A stretch of DNA of 64,000 bases, from assembly GCA_964016885.1 (NCBI GenBank), contig OZ024742.1:37076001-37140000 (forward strand), written 5' to 3'. Below, in pieces: positions 49,786 through 61,700 of this stretch; the first letter of the stretch is position 1, and the number at the start of each line of letters is the position of its first letter. Both the position numbers and the translations under genes were made by a program. This DNA is from Eledone cirrhosa (taxonomy: Eukaryota). Below the pieces are notes generated by a model that saw nothing but the letters and a program-made list of their open reading frames with translations, did not search any database and was not told the DNA's origin.

Positions 49786-52700
49786 TGTTTTCCCCTGTCC
49801 ACCTTGTCTTCACCTGTGTGCCTTGTCTTCCTCTGTCTACCTTGTCTTCACCTGTCTACCTTGTCTTCATATGTCTACCTTGTCTTCATATGTCTACGTT
49901 GTCTTCACCTGTCTACCTTGTCTTCACCTGTCTACCTTGTCTTCATATGTCTACCTTGTCTTCACCTGTCTACCTTGTCTTCACCTGTCTACCTTGTCTT
50001 CACATGTCTACCTTGTCTTCATATGTCTACCTTGTCTTCATATGTCTACATTGTCTTCACCTGTCTACATTGTCTTCACCTGTCCACCTTGTCTTCACAT
50101 GTCTATCTTGTCTTCCCCTGTCTTCACATGTCTATCTTGTCTTCCCCTGTCTTCATATGTCTACCTTATCTTCACCTGTCCACCCTGTCTTCATATGTCT
50201 ACCTTGTCTTCATATGTCTACCTTGTCTTCACATGTCTACCTTGTCTTTATATGTCTACCTTGCCTTTATATGTCTACCTTGTCTTCACCTATCTACCTT
50301 GTCTTCATATGTCTACCTTGTCTTCACCTGTCTACTTTGTCTTCATATGTCTACCTTGTCTTCACCTGTCGATCTTGTCTTCACCTGTCTACCTTGTCTT
50401 CATATGTCTACCTTGTCTTCCCATGTCTACCTTGTCTTCACCTGTCTACCTTGTCTTCACCTGTCCAGCTTGTCTTCATATGTCTACCTTGTCTTCACCT
50501 CTCTACTTTGTCTTCACCTGTCTACCTTGTCTTCACCTGTCTACCTTGTCTTCATATGTCTACCTTGTCTTCACCTGTCTACCTTGTCTTCACCTGTCTA
50601 CCTTGTCTTCACCTGTCTACCTTGTCTTCATATGTCTACCTTGTCTTCATATGTCTACCTTGTCTTCACCTGTCTACCTTGTCTTCATATGTCTACCTTG
50701 TCTTCACCTGTCTACCTTGTCTTCACCTGTCTACCTTGTCTTCACCTGTCTACCTTGTCTTCATATGTCTACCTTGTCTTCATATGTCTACCTTGTCTTC
50801 ACCTGTCTACATTGTCTTCACCTGTCCACCTTGTCTTCACATGTCTACCTTGTCTTCATATGTCTTCCTTGTCTTCATATGTCTACCTTGTCTTCCCCTG
50901 TCTACCTTGTCTTCACCTGTCGACCTTGTCTTCACCTGTCTACCTTGTCTTCATATGTCTACCTTGTCTTCCCATGTCTACCTTGTCTTCACCTGTCTAC
51001 CTTGTCTTCACCTGTCCAGCTTGTCTTCATATGTCTACCTTGTCTTCACCTGTCTACCTTGTCTTCACCTGTCTACCTTGTCTTCACCTGTCTACCTTGT
51101 CTTCATATGTCTACCTTGTCTTCATATGTCTACCTTGTCTTCACCTGTCTACATTGTCTTCACCTGTCCACCTTGTCTTCACATGTCTATCTTGTCTTCC
51201 CCTGTCTTCATATGTCTACCTTATCTTCACCTGTCCACCCTGTCTTCATATGTCTACCTTGTCTTCATATGTCTACCTTGTCTTCACATGTCTACCTTGT
51301 CTTTATATGTCTACCTTGCCTTTATATGTCTACCTTGTCTTCACCTATCTACCTTGTCTTCATATGTCTACCTTGTCTTCACCTGTCTACTTTGTCTTCA
51401 TATGTCTACCTTGTCTTCACCTGTCGACCTTGTCTTCCCCTGTCTACCTTGTCTTCATATGTCTACCTTGTCTTCCCATGTCTACCTTGTCTTCACCTGT
51501 CTACCTTGTCTTCACCTGTCCAGCTTGTCTTCATATGTCTACCTTGTCTTCACCTCTCTACTTTGTCTTCACCTGTCTACCTTGTCTTCACCTGTCTACC
51601 TTGTCTTCATATGTCTACCTTGTCTTCATATGTCTACCTTGTCTTCACATGTCTACCTTGTCTTCACCTGTCTACCTTGTCTTCACCTGTCCACCTTGTC
51701 TTCATTATGTCTACCTTGTCTTCCCCTGTCTACCTTGTCTTCACCTGTCTACCTTGTCTTCACCTGTCTACCTTGCCTTCATATGTCTACCTTGTCTTCA
51801 CCTGTCTACCTTGTCTTCATATGTCTACCTTGTCTTCATATATCTACCTTGTCTTCACCTGTCTACCTTGTCTTCACCTGTCCACCTTGTCTTCATATGT
51901 CTACCTTGTCTACCTTGTCTTCACCTGTCTACCTTGTCTTCACCTGTCTACCTTGTCTTCACCTGTATACCTTGTCTGCATATGTCTACCTTGTCTTAAC
52001 CTGTCTACCTTGTCTTCATATGTCTACCTTGTCTTCACATGTCTACCTTGTCTTCACCTGTCTACCTTGTCTTCACCTGTATACCTTGTCTGCATATGTC
52101 TACCTTGTCTTCACCTGTCTACCTTGTCTTCATATGTCTACCTTGTCTTCACCTGTCTACCTTGTCTTCACCTGTCCACCTTGTCTTCATATGTCTACCT
52201 TGTCTTCATATATCTACCTTGTCTTCACCTGTCTACCTTGTCTTCACCTGTCCACCTTGTCTTCATATGTCTACCTTGTCTACCTTGTCTTCACCTGTCT
52301 ACCTTGTCTTCACCGGTCTACCTTGTCTTCACCTCTCTACCTTGTCTTCATATGTCTACCTTGTCTTCATATGTCTACCTTGACTTCACCTGTCTACCTT
52401 GTCTTCATATGTCTACCTTGTCTTCACCTGTCTACCTTGTCTTCACCTGTCTACCTTGTCTTCACCTGTCTACCTTGTCTTCATATGTCTACCTTGTTTT
52501 CATATGTCTACCTTGTCTTCACCTGTCTACCTTGTCTTCATATGTCTACCTTGTCTTCACCTGTCTACCTTGTCTTCATATGTCTACCTTGTTTTCATAT
52601 GTCTACCTTGTCTTCACCTGTCTACCTTGTCTTCACCTGTCTACCTTGTCTTCACCTTTCTACCTTGTCTTCATATGTCTACCTTGTCTTCACCTGTCTA

Positions 52701-55700
52701 CCTTGTCTTCATATGTCTACCTTGTCTTCATATGTCTACCTTGTCTTCATGTCTACCTTGTCTTCACCTGTCTACCTTGTCTTCATATCTCTACCTTGTC
52801 TTCACCTGTCTACCTTGTCTTCATATGTGTACCTTGTCTTCCCCTGTCTACCTAGTCTTCACCTGTCTCCCTTGTCTTCATATGTCTACCTTATCTTCAT
52901 ATGTTTACCTTGTCTTCATATGTCTTCCTTGTCTTCACCTGTCTACCTTGTCTTCACCTGTCTACCTTGTCTTCACCTGTCTACCTTGTCTTCATATGTC
53001 TACCTTGTCTTCCCCTGTCTACCTTGTCTTCACCTGTCTACCTTGTCTTAACCTGTCTACCTTGTCTTCACCTGACTATCTTGTCTTCATATGTCTACCT
53101 TGTCTTTACCTGTCTACCTTGTCTTCACCTGTCTCCCTTGTCTTGTCCTGTCTACCTTGTCTTCATATGTCTACCTTATCTTCACCTGTCTACCTTGTCT
53201 TCATATATCTACCTTGTCTTCACCTGTCTACCTTGTCTTCATATGTCTACCTTGTCTTTACATGTCTACCTTGTCATTATATGTCTAGCTTGTCTTCACC
53301 TGTCTACCTTGTCTTCATATGTCTACCTTATCTTCATATGTCTACCTTGTCTTCATATGTCTACCTTGTCTTCACCCGTCTACCTTGTCTTCATATGTCT
53401 ACCTTGTCTTCATATGTCTAACTTGTCTTCACCTGTCTACCTTATCTTCACCTGTCTACTCTTGTCTTCCCCTCTCTACCTTGTCTTCCCCTGTCTACCT
53501 TGTCTTCATATGTCTACCTTGTCTTCACCTGTCTATCTTGTCTTCCCCTGTCTACCTTGTCTTCCCCTGTCTACCTTGTCTTCACATGTCTACCTTGTCT
53601 TCATGTCTACCTTGTCTTCACCTATCTACCTTGTCTTCATATGTCTACCTTGTCTTCACCTGTCTACCTTGTCTTCACCTGTCTACCTTGTCTTCACCTG
53701 TCTACCTTGTCTTCATATGTCTACCTTGTCTTCCCCTGTCTACCTTGTCTTCACCTGTCTACCTTGTCTTCACCTGTCTACCTTGTCTTCACCTGTCCAC
53801 CTTGTCTTCACATGCCTATCTTGTCTTCCCCTGTCTACCTTGTCTTCATATGTCTACCTTATCTTCACCTGTCTACCTTGTCTTCATATGTCTACCTTGT
53901 CTTCATATGTCTACCTTGTCTTCACATGTCTACCTTGTCTTTATATGTCTACCTTGTCTTTATATGTCTACCTTGTATTCACATGTCTACCTTGTCTTTA
54001 TATGTCTACCTTGTCTTTATATGTCTATCTTGTCTTCATATGTCTACCTTGTCTTTACCTCTCTACCTTGTCTTCACCTGTCTACCTTGTCTTCCCCTGT
54101 CTACCTTGTCTTCATATGTCTACCTTATCTTCACCTGTCTACCTTGTCTTCATATATCTACCTTGTCTTCACCTGTCTACCTTGTCTTCATATGTCTACC
54201 TTGTCTTTACATGTCTACCTTGTCTTTATATGTCTAGCTTGTCTTCACCTGTCTACCTTGTCTTCATATGTCTACCTTGTCTTCATATGTCTACCTTGTC
54301 TTCATATGTCTACCTTGTCTTCACCTGTCTATCTTGTCTTCATATGTCTACCTTGTCTTCATATGTCTAACTTGTCTTCACCTGTCTACCTTGTCTTCAC
54401 CTGTCTACCCTTGTCTTCAACTGTCTACCTTGTCTTCCCCTGTCTACCTTGTCTTCATATGTCTACCTTGTCTTCACCTGTCTATCTTGTCTTCCCCTGT
54501 CTACCTTGTCTTCATATGTCTACGTTATCTTCACCTGTCTACCTTGTCTTCATATGTCTACCTTGTCTTCACCTGTCTACCTTGTCTTCATATCTCTACC
54601 TTGTCTTCACCTGTCTACCTTGTCTTCACCTGTCTACCTTGTCTTCCCCTGTCTACCTTGTCTTCACCTGTCTACCTTGTCTTCACCTGTCTACCTTGTC
54701 TTCACCTGTCCACCTTGTCTTCACATGCCTATCTTGTCTTCCCCTGTCTACCTTGTCTTCATATGTCTACCTTATCTTCACCTGTCTACCTTGTCTTCAT
54801 ATGTCTACCTTGTCTTCATATGTCTACCTTGTCTTCACATGTCTACCTTGTCTTTATATGTCTACCTTGTCTTTATATGTCTACCTTGTCTTCACATGTC
54901 TACCTTGTCTTTATATGTCTATATGTCTACCTTGTCTTCCCCTGTCTACCTTGTCTTCACCTGTCTACCTTGTCTTCATATGTTTAACTTGTCTTCACCT
55001 GTCTACCTTTTCTTCCCCTGTCTACCTTGTCTTCACCTGTCTAACTTGTCTTCCCCTGTCTACCTTGTCCTCACCTGTCTACCTTGTCATCATATGTCTA
55101 CCTTGTCTTCACCTGTCTACCTTGTCTTCACCTGTCTACCTTGCCTTCACCTGTCTACCTTGTCTTCATATGTCTACCTTGTCTTCACATGTCTACCTTG
55201 TCTTCACCTGTCGACCTTGTCTTCCCCTGTCTACCTTGTCTTCATATGTCTACCTTGTCTTCCCATGTCTACCTTGTCTTCACCTGTCTACCTTGTCTTC
55301 ACCTGTCCAGCTTGTCTTCATATGTCTACCTTGTCTTCACCTCTCTACTTTGTCTTCACCTGTCTACCTTGTCTTCACCTGTCTACCTTGTCTTCATATG
55401 TCTACCTTGTCTTCATATGTCTACCTTGTCTTCACATGTCTACCTTGTCTTCACCTGTCTACCTTGTCTTCACCTGTCCACCTTGTCTTCATTATGTCTA
55501 CCTTGTCTTCCCCTGTCTACCTTGTCTTCACCTGTCTACCTTGTCTTCACCTGTCTACCTTGCCTTCATATGTCTACCTTGTCTTCACCTGTCTACCTTG
55601 TCTTCATATGTCTACCTTGTCTTCATATATCTACCTTGTCTTCACCTGTCTACCTTGTCTTCACCTGTCCACCTTGTCTTCATATGTCTACCTTGTCTTC

Positions 55701-58700
55701 ACCTGTCTACCTTGTCTTCACCTGTCTACCTTGTCTTCACCTGTATACCTTGTCTGCATATGTCTACCTTGTCTTAACCTGTCTACCTTGTCTTCATATG
55801 TCTACCTTGTCTTCACATGTCTACCTTGTCTTCACCTGTCTACCTTGTCTTCACCTGTATACCTTGTCTGCATATGTCTACCTTGTCTTCACCTGTCTAC
55901 CTTGTCTTCATATGTCTACCTTGTCTTCACCTGTCTACCTTGTCTTCACCTGTCCACCTTGTCTTCATATGTCTACCTTGTCTTCATATATCTACCTTGT
56001 CTTCACCTGTCTACCTTGTCTTCACCTGTCCACCTTGTCTTCATATGTCTACCTTGTCTACCTTGTCTTCACCTGTCTACCTTGTCTTCACCGGTCTACC
56101 TTGTCTTCACCTCTCTACCTTGTCTTCATATGTCTACCTTGTCTTCATATGTCTACCTTGACTTCACCTGTCTACCTTGTCTTCATATGTCTACCTTGTC
56201 TTCACCTGTCTACCTTGTCTTCACCTGTCTACCTTGTCTTCACCTGTCTACCTTGTCTTCATATGTCTACCTTGTTTTCATATGTCTACCTTGTCTTCAC
56301 CTGTCTACCTTGTCTTCATATGTCTACCTTGTCTTCACCTGTCTACCTTGTCTTCATATGTCTACCTTGTTTTCATATGTCTACCTTGTCTTCACCTGTC
56401 TACCTTGTCTTCACCTGTCTACCTTGTCTTCACCTTTCTACCTTGTCTTCATATGTCTACCTTGTCTTCACCTGTCTACCTTGTCTTCATATATCTACCT
56501 TGTCTTCATATGTCTACCTTGTCTTCATGTCTACCTTGTCTTCACCTGTCTACCTTGTCTTCATATCTCTACCTTGTCTTCACCTGTCTACCTTGTCTTC
56601 ATATGTGTACCTTGTCTTCCCCTGTCTACCTAGTCTTCACCTGTCTCCCTTGTCTTCATATGTCTACCTTATCTTCATATGTTTACCTTGTCTTCATATG
56701 TCTTCCTTGTCTTCACCTGTCTACCTTGTCTTCACCTGTCTACCTTGTCTTCACCTGTCTACCTTGTCTTCATATGTCTACCTTGTCTTCCCCTGTCTAC
56801 CTTGTCTTCACCTGTCTACCTTGTCTTAACCTGTCTACCTTGTCTTCACCTGACTATCTTGTCTTCATATGTCTACCTTGTCTTTACCTGTCTACCTTGT
56901 CTTCACCTGTCTCCCTTGTCTTGTCCTGTCTACCTTGTCTTCATATGTCTACCTTATCTTCACCTGTCTACCTTGTCTTCATATATCTACCTTGTCTTCA
57001 CCTGTCTACCTTGTCTTCATATGTCTACCTTGTCTTTACATGTCTACCTTGTCATTATATGTCTAGCTTGTCTTCACCTGTCTACCTTGTCTTCATATGT
57101 CTACCTTATCTTCATATGTCTACCTTGTCTTCATATGTCTACCTTGTCTTCACCCGTCTACCTTGTCTTCATATGTCTACCTTGTCTTCATATGTCTAAC
57201 TTGTCTTCACCTGTCTACCTTATCTTCACCTGTCTACTCTTGTCTTCCCCTCTCTACCTTGTCTTCCCCTGTCTACCTTGTCTTCATATGTCTACCTTGT
57301 CTTCACCTGTCTATCTTGTCTTCCCCTGTCTACCTTGTCTTCCCCTGTCTACCTTGTCTTCACATGTCTACCTTGTCTTCATGTCTACCTTGTCTTCACC
57401 TATCTACCTTGTCTTCATATGTCTACCTTGTCTTCACCTGTCTACCTTGTCTTCACCTGTCTACCTTGTCTTCATATGTGTACCTTGTCTTCACCTGTCT
57501 ACCTAGTCTTCACCTGTCTCCCTTGTCTTCATATGTCTACCTTGTTTTCATATGTTTACCTTGTCTTCATATGTCTACCTTGTCTTCACCTGTCTACCTT
57601 GTCTTCACCTGTCTACCTTGTCTTCACCTGTCTACCTTGTCTTCATATGTCTACCTTGTCTTCCCCTGTCTACCTTGTCTTCACCTGTCTACCTTGTCTT
57701 CACCTGTCTACCTTGTCTTCACCTGTCCACCTTGTCTTCACATGCCTATCTTGTCTTCCCCTGTCTACCTTGTCTTCATATGTCTACCTTATCTTCACCT
57801 GTCTACCTTGTCTTCATATGTCTACCTTGTCTTCATATGTCTACCTTGTCTTCACATGTCTACCTTGTCTTTATATGTCTACCTTGTCTTTATATGTCTA
57901 CCTTGTATTCACATGTCTACCTTGTCTTTATATGTCTACCTTGTCTTTATATGTCTATCTTGTCTTCATATGTCTACCTTGTCTTTACCTCTCTACCTTG
58001 TCTTCACCTGTCTACCTTGTCTTCCCCTGTCTACCTTGTCTTCATATGTCTACCTTATCTTCACCTGTCTACCTTGTCTTCATATATCTACCTTGTCTTC
58101 ACCTGTCTACCTTGTCTTCATATGTCTACCTTGTCTTTACATGTCTACCTTGTCTTTATATGTCTAGCTTGTCTTCACCTGTCTACCTTGTCTTCATATG
58201 TCTACCTTGTCTTCATATGTCTACCTTGTCTTCATATGTCTACCTTGTCTTCACCTGTCTATCTTGTCTTCATATGTCTACCTTGTCTTCATATGTCTAA
58301 CTTGTCTTCACCTGTCTACCTTGTCTTCACCTGTCTACCCTTGTCTTCAACTGTCTACCTTGTCTTCCCCTGTCTACCTTGTCTTCATATGTCTACCTTG
58401 TCTTCACCTGTCTATCTTGTCTTCCCCTGTCTACCTTGTCTTCATATGTCTACGTTATCTTCACCTGTCTACCTTGTCTTCATATGTCTACCTTGTCTTC
58501 ACCTGTCTACCTTGTCTTCATATCTCTACCTTGTCTTCACCTGTCTACCTTGTCTTCACCTGTCTACCTTGTCTTCCCCTGTCTACCTTGTCTTCACCTG
58601 TCTACCTTGTCTTCACCTGTCTACCTTGTCTTCACCTGTCCACCTTGTCTTCACATGCCTATCTTGTCTTCCCCTGTCTACCTTGTCTTCATATGTCTAC

Positions 58701-61700
58701 CTTATCTTCACCTGTCTACCTTGTCTTCATATGTCTACCTTGTCTTCACATGTCTACCTTGTCTTCACATGTCTACCTTGTCTTTATATGTCTACCTTGT
58801 CTTTATATGTCTACCTTGTCTTCACATGTCTACCTTGTCTTTATATGTCTATATGTCTACCTTGTCTTCCCCTGTCTACCTTGTCTTCACCTGTATACCT
58901 TGTCTTCATATGTCTACCTTGTCTTCACCTGTCTACCTTGTCTTCATATGTTTAACTTGTCTTCACCTGTCTACCTTTTCTTCCCCTGTCTACCTTGTCT
59001 TCACCTGTCTAACTTGTCTTCCCCTGTCTACCTTGTCCTCACCTGTCTACCTTGTCATCATATGTCTACCTTGTCTTCACCTGTCTACCTTGTCTTCACC
59101 TGTCTACCTTGCCTTCACCTGTCTACCTTGTCTTCATATGTCTACCTTGTCTTCACATGTCTACCTTGTCTTCACCTGTCTACCTTGTCTTCACCTGTCC
59201 ACCTTGTTTTCATATGTCTACCTTGTCTTCCCCTGTCTACCTTGTCTTCACCTGTCTACCTTGTCTTCACCTGTCTACCTTGTCTTCATATGTCTACCTT
59301 GTCTTCACCTGTCTACCTTGTCTTCACCTGTCTACCTTGTCTTCACCTGTCTACCTTGTCTTCATATGTCTACCTTGTCTTCATATATCTACCTTGTCTT
59401 CACCTGTCTACCTTGTCTTCACCTGTCCACTTTGTCTTCATATGTCTACCTTGTCTTCCCCTGTCTAACTTGTCTTCATATGTCTACCTTGTCTTCACCT
59501 GTCTACCTTGTCTTCACCTGTCTACCTTGTCTTCATATGTCTACCTTGTCTTCATATATCTACATTGTCTTCACCAGTGTACCTTGTCTTCACCTGTCTA
59601 CCTTGTCTTCATATGTCTACCTTGTCTTCACCTGTCTACCTTGTCTTCACCTGTCTACCTTGTCTTCACCTGTCTACCTTGTCTTCATATGTCTACTTTG
59701 TCTTCCCCTGTCTACCTTGTCTTCACCTGTCTACCTTGTCTTCACCTGTCTACCTTGTCTTCATATGTCTACCTTGTCTTCCCCTGTCTACCTTGTCTTC
59801 ACCTGTCTACCTTGTCTTCACCTGTCTACCTTGTCTTCATATGTCTACCTTGTCTTCACCTGTCTACCTTGTCTTCACCTGTCTACCTTGTCTTCATATG
59901 TCTACCTTGTCTTCATATATCTACATTGTCTTCACCTGTGTACCTTGTCTTCACCTGTCTACCTTGTCTTCATATGTCTACCTTGTCTTCACCTGTCTAC
60001 CTTGTCTTCATATGTCTACCTTGTCTTCACCTGTATACCTTGTCTTCATATGTCTACCTTGTCTTCACCTGTCTACCTTGTCTTCACATGTCTACATTGT
60101 CTTCATGTCTACTTTGTCTTCACCTGTCTACCTTGTCTTCATATGTCTACCTTGTCTTCCTCTGTCTACCTTGTCTTCACCTGTCTACCTTGTCTTCACC
60201 TGTCTACCTTGTCTTCACCTGTCTACCTTATCTTCATATGTCTACCTTGTCTTCATATGTCTACCTTGTCTTCCTCTGTCTACCTTGTCTTCACCTGTCT
60301 ACCTTGTCTTCACCTGTCTACCTTGTCTTCATATGTCTACCTTGTCTTCACCTGTCTACCTTGTCTTCACCTGTCTACCTTGTCTTCACCTGTCTACCTT
60401 ATCTTCATATGTCTACCTTGTCTTCCTCTGTCTACCTTGTCTTCACCTGTCTACCTTGTCTTCACCTGTATACCTTGTCTTCATATGTCTACCTTGTCTT
60501 CACCTGTCTACCTTGTCTTCATATGTCTACCTTGTCTTCCCCTGTCTAACTTGTCTTCACATGTCTACCTTGTCTTCACCTGTCTACCTTGTCTTCACCT
60601 GTATACCTTGTCTTCATATGTCTACCTTGTCTTCACCTCTCTACCTTGTCTTCACCTGTCTACCTTGTCTTCACCTGTCTACCTTGTCTTCATATGTCTA
60701 CCTTGTCTTCACCTGTCTACCTTGTCTTCATATGTCTACCTTGTCTTCACATGTCTACCTTGTCTTCACCTGTCTACCTTGTCTTCACCTGTCCACCTTT
60801 TCTTCATATGTCTACCTTGTCTTCCCCTGTCTACCTTGTCTTCACCTGTCTACCTTGTCTTCACCTGTCTACCTTGTTTTCATATGTCTAGCTTGTCTTC
60901 ACCTGTCTACCTTGTCTTTACCTGTCTACCTTGTCTTCACCTGTCTACCTTGTCTTCATATGTCTACCTTGTCTTCATATATCTACCTTGTCTTCACCTG
61001 TCTACCTTGTCTTCACCTGTCCACCTTGTCTTCATATGTCTACCTTGTCTACCTTGTCTTCACCTGTCTACCTTGTCTTCACCTGTCTACCTTGTCTTCA
61101 TATGTCTACCTTGTCTTCACCTGTCTACCTTGTCTTCACCTGTCTACCTTGTCTTCATATGTCTAGCTTGTCTTCACCTGTCTACCTTGTCTTTACCTGT
61201 CTACCTTGTCTTCACCTGTCCACCTTGTCTTCATATGTCTACCTTGTCTACCTTGTCTTCACCTGTCTACCTTGTCTTCACCTGTCTACCTTGTCTTCAT
61301 ATGTCTACCTCGTCTTCACCTGTCTACCTTGTCTTCATATATCTACCTTGTCTTCACCTGTCTACCTTGTCTTCACCTGTCTACCTTGTCTTCATATGTC
61401 TACCTTGTCTTCACCTGTCTACCTTGTCTTCATATGTCTACCTTGTCTTCACATGTCTACCTTGTCTTCATGTCTACCTTTTCTTCACCTGTCTACCTTG
61501 TCTTCATATCTCTACCTTGTCTTCACCTGTCTACCTTGTCTTCATATGTGTACCTTGTCTTCCCCTGTCTACCTAGTCTTCACCTGTCTCCCTTGTCTTC
61601 ATATGTCTACCTTGTCTTCATATGTTTACCTTGTCTTCATATGTCTACCTTGTCTTCCCCTGTCTACCTTGTCTTCACCTGTCTATCTTGTCTTCATATG

